Positions 24,006 through 35,600 of a stretch of 64,000 bases of DNA are shown in pieces. Below the pieces are notes generated by a model that saw only the letters and a list, made by a program, of their open reading frames with translations, searched no databases and was not told the origin of the DNA. The position numbers and the translations under genes were made by a program. Every line of letters starts with the position of its first letter. Within the stretch, counting starts at the first letter, position 1. Origin of the DNA: Lama glama (Eukaryota); contig CM052832.1 of NCBI GenBank assembly GCA_028534125.1, positions 8,248,001 to 8,312,000 of the forward strand, given 5' to 3'.

Positions 24006-25499
24006 CTAAATTAATTATTTTTCCTTTTCAAAATAACTAGCTGTTGGAATTCCATTGATTATATTTGCAAATGAGTTTGATAATTCACTGCTGTGGAGTA
24101 GTTGACACCGAAGTCAGAAAAGCTTTAGCAAGGAGTAGGAGGTGAGTTCGGAATTAGCGTTGGAAAGGAAAGTGGACTCTAATTAATTCAGTAATTTTTA
24201 TTGAGCACCTATCATATCCCAGACAAGGTCTCAGGCCCTGGGGATGAAACAGTGTCCAAAGCAGACCTAAATCCCTACCCCTGTGGAGTGTACATTCTAG
24301 TGAATTTTCCTAGGACTAAAGCTCCCAGTCTGGGAAGGGGACTTTTCTAAAACAAACAAGCCTTTTTCTCCATTGAGAGAGTCAGGACAGGCTGCTTCCC
24401 TACCCAGGAAAAAATGGTTTGGTGAGCACCATGGGACACTTTACTGACCCTGTAGGCACCCGCTCTGGGTTTGACCTGCAAGACTCACCTAGAGTAAGGG
24501 ACTGGCCCTGCCTAGCAAGAGGCTCTAAACAACAGCAGAGCATCCACCCCATTCTGGTTTCTATTCAGGACTAGAATGGCTCCTTCCACATGTTTCTCTC
24601 AGGAGCCCTTGGCCTTCAGCCAACCATGAGGTGGACGGGGAAGGATGGACCTACCTCCCACAGGCCTAGCCTGTGGTGACTCTATCTTTTGAGTCCCTGG
24701 GATATGTTTTCTCCTCCTTTGCACTGGGGATCCCTGAGGCAGGGCTGTGTCTCCCCTCAGAGTGGGGACTCTTGCCCTCTCCTTCTCTTCCAGGCTTTGG
24801 CCTCTGGGGAGAAGGGATGCCCTTCCCAACTTCAGAGGTGATGGCTCGCAAATTAAGGACTGAACTGACTGAAATCAACTCTCCTGATGTCAGGCCAGGA
24901 CTCTGTCCCCTACATAGAACATGCTCAAACTCTCAATTAGTCCTTTATCTTCTAACAAGCTCCAGTCATCTTTGCCCTATCTGTTTGTTCACAAAGCTGT
25001 CAGAAGGCTTGGCTGCCAGGCCAGCTGCTTTCCCATCTCAGGAAAAAGGGCAGTTTGAGGTCCAGTACTTTCTATTTCACCCCTCCCTGGGAGCTATTAG
25101 GCAAGCGACGCGTTGATTTTTCTGAAGCCCTCACTGTTTAGCTGCAGGATTAGTTCTAGTCCATTTACTCACCAAGTCCACTGGCCAAATGTTGCGACAG
25201 AAAAGCACATCTCCCTTGCATAATAAATGTTTAATAACGACAGCCGAGATTGACCAGAAAAGGCCCTGGCTGACAGGCCTGAAGACACAGCAGCTCAAGA
25301 GAGAGATTAAAGCTCCATTGCCCCCACGTACCTACTCCATCTGCCTTCAGGCTCTGAGAATTCAGAGGCAGGTGGAGTTCCACCTGCCTCCCTCTGCCAC
25401 CTGCCCACACCATGACAGCAGAGTCTGAGGGAATAAACCCCTCTACAGCCCTCGAAGGTCCTCTGCTGGCTTTTAGTATGGGGGCTTCCTCCAGCAGAG

Positions 25500-25623
25500 G
25501 TTCCCCCTCAGACTGAGCTCCCGAGGACAGAGCTGTGTCTCCCCTCAGACTGGGGTCCCTGAGGCGGGGCTGTGTCTCCCCTCAGACTGAGGCTCCTTGA
25601 GGGCGGTGCTGTATGTCTCCTTA
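25500..25623. repeat. Minisatellite, left arm (~3 units of 37-39 bp)
   Basis: CTCAGACT anchors at 25507, 25544 and 25581. Unit is approximately CTCAGACTGGGGCTCCCTGAGGACAGGGCTGTGTCTCCC. Confidence 0.95.
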
Positions 25624-26187
25624 TGAGACAAGAAGGCAGGGACCAGGGCAAACAGTTCAAGAAACTACACAACTATTAACACCAAGGTGGTGGAAAATTC
25701 AACTCCCCACAAGCCTTGAGGCCCAAGACCGCAGGAGATCTGATTTCCGGTAGACCCTGAGCTTCATTACACACTCATTGTAATACATTAACATGGTAAA
25801 TGGGCACTCCCACAGGCGCCAGGACAGTTCCAAGGCTGACCATAAAAGGTCAAAAAGTGGGCGGTGGCCCAATTCCTGGGAATCCCTGCCCCTTCCCCAA
25901 AGTAATTAGAATAACCCTCCCACTTATTAGCATATAAAGTTGCCGAGCCCATAAAAGCTAACAACCCCCCACATCTCCTGGCCGCTCTTCCTTCTAAGAG
26001 AGATGGACACCCTGTCTATGGAGTTTGTATCCCTCTAAATAAATCTACCTTTACTCAACTGTGGCTCGCTCTTGAATTCTTTCCTGCGAGAAGCCAAGGA
26101 CCCACACTTAGCAGGGTCCATCCCGGGGAGTAAACTGACACCTGGGACACAGCCATCCTCACACCCCACATTAATTTTCCTATATCA
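25624..26187 (+). mobile_element. ERV1 solo LTR, MER41-like (564 bp)
   Basis: TG...CA termini, 4 bp TSD CTTA/CTCA (25620-25623, 26188-26191), TATAAA 25933-25938, AATAAA 26038-26043. The segment CTCGCTCTTGAATTCTTTCCTGCGAGAAGCCAAGGACCC is typical of MER41-family LTRs. Confidence 0.85.
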
Positions 26188-26385
26188 CTCAGACTGGGGC
26201 TCCCTGAGGACAGGACTGTGTCTCCCCTCAGACTGGGCTCCCTGAGAGTGGGGCTGTGTCTCCCCCTCAGACTGGGGCTCACTGAGACAGCACTGTGTCT
26301 CCCCCTCAGACTGGGGCTCCCTGAGGATGGGGCTGTGTCTCCCCTCAGACTGGGGTTTCCCAAAGCAGGGCTGTTTCCCCCTTAC
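26188..26385. repeat. Minisatellite, right arm (~5 units of 39 bp)
   Basis: CTCAGACT anchors at 26188, 26227, 26266, 26305 and 26344. Confidence 0.95.
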
Positions 26386-27064
26386 TCTCAGCCCCATTTG
26401 AGCCTGGGATCTCCTTTCTCCTGTCTTCCCACTCAGCCCAGCACAGAGCTGGTTCCACCTGAAGTTACCCTGTTTCCAGGCTCCAGCCTCATTTGCAAAC
26501 AAAGACCAGATCTGTGTGAGTGCTGGCAGATGTTAAAGATAACCCCACTAGGCCCTTTAGGAATTAGTCTAAAATATACGATTGTATTTCAGGAGACTTA
26601 AGGGTGTTTCTGAAACCTTAGGGCCCAAGACAGTTATAACATATGTCCATTTTAGACTTTGGAAAATAGGGCGCTATAATTGGAAAAGTTAGCAAAGCGC
26701 TAAGTACAGGGAGCCGGTCTCTTTACATCTCAAATACCAGGTATTTAGGTGGCTTTCTTGGAACCTGGCATTAGGACACGTGTGAATGGGCCAGGCTCAT
26801 TTCTGAGGAGTGAGTGGGAGCAACCAGTGAGGGTGCTCAGGCAGGGCGGGCAGCAGCACCTCTGGGCTCCAATGTTAGTGCCTCTGCTGCCTGGCACAGG
26901 GACCCTAGACCTGCCTCCCTTCTTCCTCTTCTCTTCTGACCTGGGCTTTCCAATGTCCCCAGAAGCACTTGGTAGACTCAGGATTGGCACTTGTGTCGTA
27001 AAGCATGCCAGGCCCTGGCCTCTTCTCCAAGGGTGGACTAGGGGACTCCTGCTGTTTGTCAGAG

Positions 27065-27303
27065 CCTGGTGGCTGGCTATGCCCTGGGGTGCTGGCGCCA
27101 GACTGTCTGAGTTCAAATCCTCCCATGCCCACTCAGGCAAGTTACCTAACCTCTCTGGGCCTCAATTTCCTCATCTATAAAATGGGATGAAAGTTAAAAT
27201 ACTCCCAGGCTTGTCAAGATGATTAATGCAATAACTTACATAAAGTATTTCACACAGTGCCTGGCACATAGTAAGAACTCAATGTTAGCTACTATAATTA
27301 TAT
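27065..27303 (+). mobile_element. MIR SINE, near full length
   Basis: CCAGACTGTCTGAGTTCAAATCC..GGCAAGTTACCTAACCTCTCTGGGCCTCAATTTCCTCATCTATAAAATGGG..CAGTGCCTGGCACATAGTAAG. Confidence 0.9.
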
Positions 27304-27871
27304 TTTCAAAGAGTTAAAAATACTTGCAAAGCAATCTTTCATAATACCCGGACTCTCTACTGATCCTGCCCTCCAGGGAGACCCCTCTATATCTCTCTCA
27401 CCTTGACCTCCTGCTCTGATCCAGATGAGTTTTGTTCACAACTCATTCATTTGTTCATTTATTCATTGGTTTCTCCAATATGTACTCATGTGGGCACTAG
27501 GGAGTCCGTTGTTGCCACAGGCAGCCCTTGCCTGCCAGATGCTGCCCCAAACCCTCATCTAAGAGACGTGGCACTTTAGCAGACTTATGAGAAAGCAGGG
27601 GTGGTCCATGGAACCCATCCTGTTCCTGGAGCTACAAATTCAAGTGTGAAGCCAAGCACTAACCACCTGGCATAGTTGAGGGAGGAGGGGTGTGGTATTC
27701 TGGAGGGAAGTATAGACACTCCTACAATGTTATTTCCAGAGCATCAGCAACTTCCCATGTAGTGTTTGAGTTTCAAGTTGGGGGGAAGACACATTTGGCA
27801 TTTTGGTATAGAGGAAAGCACAGTGGCTTTTGAGTTTTTCAGACAGCGCAAAGGGCCCTGGGCCATTTACA

Positions 27872-28370
27872 TGTGTTTTAGTTACCCAGAGCTGCGTATC
27901 AAGCTATCCCAAAAGTTAGTGGATTAAAACAATAATTATTTGATCCCGATTCTGCAGTTTGGACAGTGTGTTGGGTACAGCTCATTTCTGTTCCATGGTT
28001 CCGTGCCTTGGACTGTAGGACCCATTTCCAGGTGACTTCACTCACATGCCGGAGAGTTGGGGCAGGGTTGGCTGGGTCTAAGGGTGGGGCCTCAGTTCTC
28101 TGCCATGTGGCTGCCTTGTGGCTGTGTGGGGCCATTCAAGATTGGCAGCTGGGTTTGGAGAAGGAGTGTCCCAGGAGCCAGTGTTCCAAGAGGAAAAGCC
28201 CCACTATGTAAGTGCTACCCAGTCTCCTTTTGCATCACGCTTGCTAATGTTCCATTGGCCAAAACAATTCACGTGGCTGAGTCCAGAGTCATTTTGAGCA
28301 GAAACCATACAAGGGTGTGAATACTGGGAGGGATGATCTACTGGGGACCACAAAATTCATAGTCTACCAA
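27872..28370 (-). mobile_element. MaLR solo LTR (MLT1G/H-like)
   Basis: CCCAAAAGTTAGTGGATTAAAACAA..CACGCTTGCTAATGTTCCATTGGCCAAA..CAAGGGTGTGAATACTGGGAGG..AGTCTACCA. Confidence 0.8.
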
Positions 28371-28450
28371 AGAATGGGGTTTCAGGCTCCACAGAACCAG
28401 ACACATCCATGTAGGCCCAGATGTGGCCATTCCACTGAGAGACAATAATA

Positions 28451-28896
28451 GTGAGTATTGAGGTTCATCTGCTGGGACAAAGAAACCCCACAATACAGAG
28501 GCTTCAGCAGAATCAAATTTGATCTCTCTCACACGTATACATCCAAGTATATAGTCCACAAATGATGCAGTGGCTTCACGGTGTTAGATATCCAACTTCC
28601 TTTAAGCTTGTTTCTCTGGCTTCCTCAGTGTGTAGCTTTCATCATGTGGTCTGGTTCAGAATGACTGTTCCAGCTCCTGCCATGGTATCTGCATTCTAGC
28701 TAGCGGCAGATGGAAAGATAAAAGGGACCACTCCTTCCTTCCCATCCTATTGGCCAAGACCTACTCACAAGCCACATCTAACATCAAAGGGAGCAGGAAA
28801 TTGTAGTCCTTGTTGGAGAGCTTCATGCCCAACTAAAACTTCTATGACCATAGAAGAAGAGGACAGACATAAAGGAACTTGGTGGTCTCAGCCACA
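28451..28896 (-). mobile_element. MaLR solo LTR (MLT1J-like)
   Basis: TCCAGCTCCTGCCAT..CATCCTATTGGCCAAGACCTA..AAAGGGAGCAGGAAATTGTAGTC..GTCTCAGCCACA. Confidence 0.75.
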
Positions 28897-30295
28897 GGAA
28901 ACAAATGACCAGCCCCAGGACATTCTGTCTGCCAATCTTCCGAGTTCGGAGGGACTATATTCCTAACATTTCCAAAACAACCCTGTGCTGGGGCACATGA
29001 TATAAGGAGAAGAGTCCCCCATGGGTGACAGGCAGACTGGGCTCTGCACAATCAGGAGCCAGCTGACTTCCTAGGGAGCCAGCAGAGAGGAGTACCATTT
29101 CTTACTGGTTCTATCAACTTCATTGCCCATGGGCAGCCCCTGAGCATCTCCAAGGTGCGGCAGAGGAGGGTCTGCTGAAACTGCCCAAAGTTCCTGGGGA
29201 GGAAGCTGTAAACCAGCCCACAGCACTGAGTATGTGCTGGCTCCCAGGGTCTGGGATGGAGCTCTGGACTGCAGAGGCCAAGGTCATGGTGGGGATCTCA
29301 TAGGTAAACCTGAATCCCTGGCTTCAGAGAGCTTCTCTTGTGCCACCCCCCAGCCCCCAGCTATCCCACAGTTCGGAACAGCTGGCAAGAGCAAGCAGCT
29401 CAATGCAAAGCCACCTGGCTGCCAGTTAAAGGCTGACCCGATGATTGCCTGCTCTCTCTCCTGCCTCCACACCACTTGTGCCCTAGCGCGTCTCTTACCA
29501 GGCTTGGGACCTCCCTGTCAGTGTCAGTTGCTTAGTTTATGTTGTAGCATGCCCCTTCCTGGGCCTTACCCCCTTTGATGGAAGGTTCTGTGCTTCAGAA
29601 ATAAGCAGTGGGCAATTTATTCCCCACAAGGTTTGGGGACAGAGGGGGGGAGAGGACCTTCAGCTTCTTATAAGAATGATAGCACATTTCCACAAGAGTG
29701 GTGCAGATTCAGGAGCTCTGTCCCTGGAGGCTTGGAGGCAAAAATGTGCAAATAGTCAGCCCAGAATCAAGATGAGATAAAAGCCAAGTAAAAGCAGACA
29801 TAGGATGCAACTTGAGGACGTGTCCCACAGTAGGAGCAGCAGATTGAGGCCCCTGGAAACACCTAGAAGTTGATTTATTCAAAAGAAGGGGCTAAGCAGG
29901 AGAGGGCAAATGCAGAGTTCCTCTTAGCTGGAGAGGTCCCTGCTTAAGATCGTCTAGTCCAAGTAACATGTCAGCTTGGAAGGGAGAAGGCAGTTTCTCA
30001 GAAACACTGATTAGGAAGCCAGTCAAAGCCCCCCAGGCTTCAGAGCAAAGGAGAAACCATTTAGTGAGAAATCACCCTTGCCCCAGCCGCACCCCTCTCA
30101 GCACACCATTGTTCTGTGTGGTATTCGTATCTGTGGGATGTAAAGCATGTCCCAGATGGGCAGATGTGGACAGCATACACACAAGGAACATAGGGAAACA
30201 TGTTCAGCATTACAAATAATCAAAGAAAGGCAAATGCAAACAAGTTAGCATTTATACCAATTATACAGTGTATAACTCTTTAGTGTAACAATGTA

Positions 30296-30553
30296 TAAGT
30301 GTTAACCCTTGAACGACCAGGTTTAAACGGGGCAAGCCCAATTATGTGGAATTTTTTCAACAAAAATTCAAGAAATAAAAAATTCAATAAATTTTTCAAT
30401 AAAAAATACAGTGCTACACAATCCATGGGTGGCTGAATCTGCAGATGGGGGAGCCATGGATATGGAAGGCTGACTGTAAAGTTAACACACAGATTTTTGA
30501 CTGCGTGGAGGGTAGGTACCCCTAACCCCCACATTGTTCAAGGGTCAATTGTA
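30296..30553. mobile_element. Tigger2/MER8-like Tc-mariner MITE
   Basis: Imperfect TIRs GTTAACCCTTGAACGA (30301-30316) and TTGTTCAAGGGTCAATTG (30534-30551) followed by TA. Internal GATTTTTGACTGCGTGGAGGG..CCCCTAACCCCC. Confidence 0.8.
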
Positions 30554-30659
30554 CTACTTTTAAATGTTTTTAGCAAATTCCAATGCTGGGACATCAGGAT
30601 GGTCTGTCCATCTGCCCTCATAGCTCAGCTTCCTCTTGTCTCACCCTGCCTCCATCACA

Positions 30660-31345
30660 GGCGATTGGACCTTGACTTGTAGGGTTCCAATCAGTAGGCT
30701 AACCTGAGCCAATCAGATTCTCCCTCTTCAGAATTTAAACTCAGAGACATAGACATGATAGGCCATTGGTAGTGGATGTGGGGCGTCTGTGTTCTCAGGG
30801 AGGCTGCGACAGAGGTCCTGAGTACATGCTTGCAATGAGGCTAGTCAGTGAGGTGGGACCCGGTCCCACCAGTTACTGACTACATATTTGAACAAGTTAC
30901 TTAGTCTCTCTGTGCCTTGGTTTCTTCATCTGTAAAACAGGGATAATTATAATCCCTACCCCAGAGGGTGGTTGTGAAAATTAAGATAATCAATAAAGAC
31001 AGTTGGTACAGTGCCTGGGACAAAGTAAGTGCTCAGAACATATGAGCAGTGAGTAATAAAGTGATATGTGCTCAGAGCTGATAGCTCTGCTAGGTCAAAG
31101 TAGAAATGTTCGAGAGAGAGAGACAGAGATGGAACAGAGAGCAGAGAAGCAGTTAAAGGAACAAGGCAGGCCCCTGGGAGCTGGAGGCAGCTGTTTGAGC
31201 TCCTGTTGGCTCCTGGCTCCAGTTTCCCTGAAGCATGACTGCTTGGCTTCCAGTGTGGGATGTAGACTTACATTAAATTGCCTTCATTTACTTTTGGAAA
31301 ACGGTTTGGCAAGCCACATCAAACGGCACAAAAACAGTCTTGCCT
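30660..31345 (+). mobile_element. Decayed ERVL-type LTR (LTR33/LTR16-like), interrupted by a MIR
   Basis: CTGAGCCAATCAGATTCTCCCTCTTCAGAATTT and a GA-rich middle. Poorly conserved 3' end. Confidence 0.45.
30870..31055 (+). mobile_element. MIR SINE
   Basis: CAAGTTACTTAGTCTCTCTGTGCCTTGGTTTCTTCATCTGTAAAACAGGGATAAT..CAGTGCCTGG. Confidence 0.85.
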
Positions 31346-31349
31346 GCTG

Positions 31350-31690
31350 ACCTGGGCACTTATCTTACAGAAATAATTAATAAGAAGAAAAGCCCACATG
31401 TACAAAGATGTCCACGTGCACAAGGCAGTTTTATTTATAACAATGGAAAACTGGAAGCCATCAAATGCCTGGAGATCAGGGAATAGAAAAGTTTGTTGGA
31501 TGGAATATTATGCAGCCATTAAGAATGACTAATATGGAGAACATGCGGCAATATAAAATGTTCATGAAAGAATAGATGAAAAAGAGCAGAACACAAAATT
31601 GTAGGAGACTCAATACACTGGGTAAAAAAATGCATATGTGTATGGACAGGGCTCTCTGGGATCGCCAAAAATGATAAAAATAAGCTTATT
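31350..31690 (+). mobile_element. Old L1ME-like ORF2 end / 3' fragment
   Basis: AAAACTGGAAGC..GATGGAATATTATGCAGCCATTAAGAATGA. A related upstream piece lies at ~30195-30262. Confidence 0.75.
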
Positions 31691-34109
31691 CTTGGACCAT
31701 CTGGGAGAAGGGCTCTCAGAAGGGAGGGATCTCCTTCTTAGTCACCCCCGAGGCACCCCAGCCTGGGAAGAAGAAGGATGACTGCCCTTTAAACTCCTGG
31801 TCCTCACACCCAACTCCTTGCCAGCCCCTACCACGCCTCTCTGGGGAGAAGATGCTCAGGGCTCAGGCTGCTGGTATTTTTAGCCAGGCCTCTTGCAGTC
31901 CAGTGTTCTAGGGTAAAAATAGCTGGGGTGGAGGGCACAACACTAACTTCACTGCTTTCTACCCCCTCTCCCCTGGACCAGGCGCCTCCTGGTCTTGGAG
32001 CCACGGCTTTCCACTGCTTCACTCTGGCTCCAATCCATCTCTTGAGGCCTCAGCCAGGGAGGAATGTTCTGGTCTGTTACATCTTGGAGCCTTGGAGGTC
32101 ATAGAGACCAAGTGTTCCATTTTATGGATAAGGAAACTGAGACCAAGATATGAAAAGGTACACACTAAGAAGTTGACCAAAGTGGTCCCATCCTCACTTA
32201 TACTCATCATTTTCTGCCCACTCCACTCTTACCCCGCCTACACTGCTCTCACTTACAAAAGGGAAGAAGATCCATTTGGTAGCCACAGGGCTTCAGTCAG
32301 GGGAAGAGGGCACTGGACTGAGTATCATAAGATATGTATTCGACTCCTGGCTCTACTGTGTGTTAGCTGTGGGATTGGAGACAGGCCACTTTTCACCCCA
32401 GACTGCAGTTTCTATGTTGGTGAAATGAAGGATTTGGACGAGACCAGTTTCAATGGCTTTTGGATTAATGAGCTGCAAACTCCAACCCAGGCTGGAGGCC
32501 AGACTTGCCAGCTGTTTCCACCTTTACCTACCATCTCCCCAGGTGCTGTGAATTCTCAGCTAGCCAGGTGGACAGCATACCTCAAGGATTATGTATGACT
32601 GTCACTGCCTCTCAGGCAAGTTCCCCTAGCTCCAGGCACATATTTGAGGCCCTTCCATCTGTTGGGGTACCTTCTTTTAAGGAAAGAACATTTATTGTAA
32701 CACCAGCTGAAACCAAATCTAAATAGGGAGGTAAATCCTACAAGTGCAGTTTAAGGCAAAATACATGAGATCTGAAGATAGTCAGAAGGCTGGAACTCCT
32801 TACCACTCCTCCACAGCATGAAGGGTTATCCTGGAAGGAAAGTACCCAAATGTACCCACTACAGCAGAGACTATCCCAATGAGATGTGCCTTCCATGTGG
32901 CCCCCAATTCTCCCCTCCTGGACCTCGCCCCTGCCCATAGCACATGTCATTCCCAGCTTTGACCTCTGATTTCGGTCCACAGATCTTACCCCAGACTAGC
33001 TTGTAAGTTCCTGCATATCACCCAGCTCACAGCTCATCTGGGAAGGGCTTAAAGTGAACAGCTCCAAGTGAAAAATCACAGTGCCTGGAGCCAGGAGACA
33101 AGCTGAGCTAAAGGACTGGGTTGGCAAGCAAGTCACGTCGCCCCAGGCCCAGGCTGCTGGTTCTTCTGGGGCGTGTGTGTTATCGTGTGTGTATGCACAT
33201 GTGCGTGCCTGCATGCCTCTGTGTGTATCTGGAGCCCATGTGTGCCACAGAAGTGTCCCATGACTCCTGTAAGTGTCCCCAGCCTGGGGGCCCAAACCCT
33301 CAAGAGTCTGTAATGATAGGAAGGACAGCCCCTGAGCTTGTTCCAGTATTTCAAACATTAACCAGGAAATCCTACTAGTTCCCTCCTACAGTCACAGCCT
33401 GTAACTCAAATGTCAAATCTCTGCCCTTAGCTGGCACTTCATTGGTATGATAACACTGGAAAGTCTAATTATCTCAGGAACAGGCCTGCCTCATTAATAA
33501 AATGGGGAAGTGGGTCAGTTCATAGTTTGTAGACAAAACACAGAACCCAGGCAGACACTAATCCCGAAGTCCTGGGGCTGAGAAGGTAGAAGCCGGAGAT
33601 CAAAGTTTCTGAGTCAGAACTCAGAGGTCTTAAGAGCTGAGGTAGCTGGAGAGAGGCCTACACATTATGGTGAGTCCTGAGACAACATGTGAGACACTCT
33701 TCATTGTCTGAAAGGAGGGCAGAGGCACAGGTGGACTGTGGGAAGCTGCTGCGGGACCAGCCTTTCATTGTCTCTTGCTGCTCCCCCATCCTGGCCAAAG
33801 GCAGAGCATGGCAGGCAAAGGAGGGAAAAGGATGGGTAGGGGAGTCCTCATCCAGCCTGTCTCTCGACCTCATGTCACCTGTGGGCAGGGCCAGTGGCCT
33901 ATCCTCTGGGCAGGGCTGCAAGGGCACTTCTGGGGTCCCCATAGGACTGAGTCACCTGGCAGTCTCCCCTGACACAGCCCTGGGACTTCCAAACCCTCTC
34001 TGGAAAGCCAGGTGATCCGCAAATATGTATCTACCATGTAGAGGTTGGGAGGATGGTCCAATTGTTACGGTTCGGAAGGAAGAGCCTAGAAGTCTAGTAA
34101 GCTCTGTTT

Positions 34110-34325
34110 CCATTGTTCTCTGCCTCAGTTTCCCTATCTGTAAAATGGGGGTTGGAGACAGGCTCTGGGTTTCTTACTAGTTCCACTTGCTAACTGACTT
34201 TAGGCAAGTTCCTTGACCTCTTTGAACCTCAGTTTCTTTGCCTGTAAAATGGGACACTAATACATGCCCTGCTTTCCTCTCCGGGCTAGGTGAGGAACAA
34301 ATGCAATCACATCCACCAAAGTGCT
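34110..34325 (+). mobile_element. Two tandem MIR cores
   Basis: GCCTCAGTTTCCCTATCTGTAAAATGGGG and GAACCTCAGTTTCTTTGCCTGTAAAATGGG. Confidence 0.8.
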
Positions 34326-35204
34326 GTGAAAATCAGAGGCTTCTCAGGACCACAGGGCAGTGTTATTATGACCATGGACATGTGGTGCATCCCACCTGGG
34401 CCAGGCTCTGGGGCCACCAGGGAAAGTGGAGATGTGGCCCTGCCTTAGCCACCCTCTGACTCGTGTGGAGATGCAAATGACCAGTATCCATTCTGACATG
34501 GAGGATGAGCAAGGTACTTAAGAGCTGAAGGGATTAAGTTGTTGGGGGGGAACCCCCAGGGGACTGGGACTAATCTAGGAGGCTTCCTGGAGGAGGTGTG
34601 AGTCACCTCAAGGAAATGAATGCTTTTAAAGTAAGCCCTGGGAGTCACTTAGAGAGGGCGTGCTCTGCTTCTGGCCCACACCAAACCCCTTGAAGCCCTT
34701 TTACTGGGCTTTTTAGTTACAACTATCATCTTATTGGATCTCAAAAAACAGCCCCATTAGTCAGTTATTATCTATGCCTACTGAGAGTGAGGCCCCAGAG
34801 CCAAGAAGGCACAGAGGTGGACCAAATGTGGCCCCAGACGTCTGCTGTCTACGGCCTTCCTCTCCCTGTCCCTCCCCTCGCTCCTCTACCTGCAGGAAAA
34901 CACAAATGGGGATGGAGCCGTCTATGTCTCCAGAGATCAAAGTACTGGCTTTGGGAGAAAGAAGTGCTACTTGAAAGCCAACCAGCCTGTTCTGTACAAA
35001 AGGCCTTTCCTGCTTCCCTTCCACAGTATTCACCCCCTCCCACTGACCACGAGTGACCACACCTGACTGGCTAGGGGTGGGGGATGTCCCACACAACATG
35101 CAGCAGGACCGGTTTCTAAGGTTCCTTTGGAGCATACTTCCTCACCTTTGTTGGGTGATTTGTCTGTGGAACTGCTGTCCCTGCTGGGCCAGGCAGTCAG
35201 AATA

Positions 35205-35600
35205 ATGGGAGGGAGAAACACAAAGAGAGATGCAGAGGGATGCAGATTGACAAACAGTGCAGGAGATGGAGGTGCCCTCAGAGACAGAGGTGGAAGAGAA
35301 ACGGGTGGAGGGGGGAGGACGGAGTGGGAGAGAAAAGATAGTGGGAACCTAACAGACACACAGATGAGACACAGAGGGAGAAAATAAAGAGAAGGCAGGA
35401 AGAGGGGAAGGAAGCAGGGAGAGAGGAAGAGGGCAAAGACAGAAGGGGAAGAGACAGAAGGGAGTGAAGCAAAAAAAGAAAAGAAAAAGAGATGGAGTTT
35501 TGAAAAGACATGCCAAAAATGAAAAGGGAAGAGCAAAGTGGGAAAAAGAGGAAACAACTGTAGTGTGAAGTAGAGATGAGTCAGCAGAGCAGGAGAGGGC
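35205..35600. repeat. GA-rich (polypurine) low-complexity tract
   Basis: ~400 bp dominated by GAGA/GGAA/GAAAA. Confidence 0.85.

Noticed and set aside
24421..24440. REST/NRSE site (TGAGCACCATGGGACAC)
   Set aside because: The spacer length is wrong and both half-sites mismatch TCAGCACCNNGGACAG.
25500..26385. CRISPR-like array (hairpin repeats of ~37-39 bp)
   Set aside because: Units are head-to-tail with no unique spacers, there are no cas genes, and the context is mammalian.
33638..33660. let-7-like miRNA start TGAGGTAG
   Set aside because: Only 8 nt match, the mature sequence diverges and no hairpin is evident.
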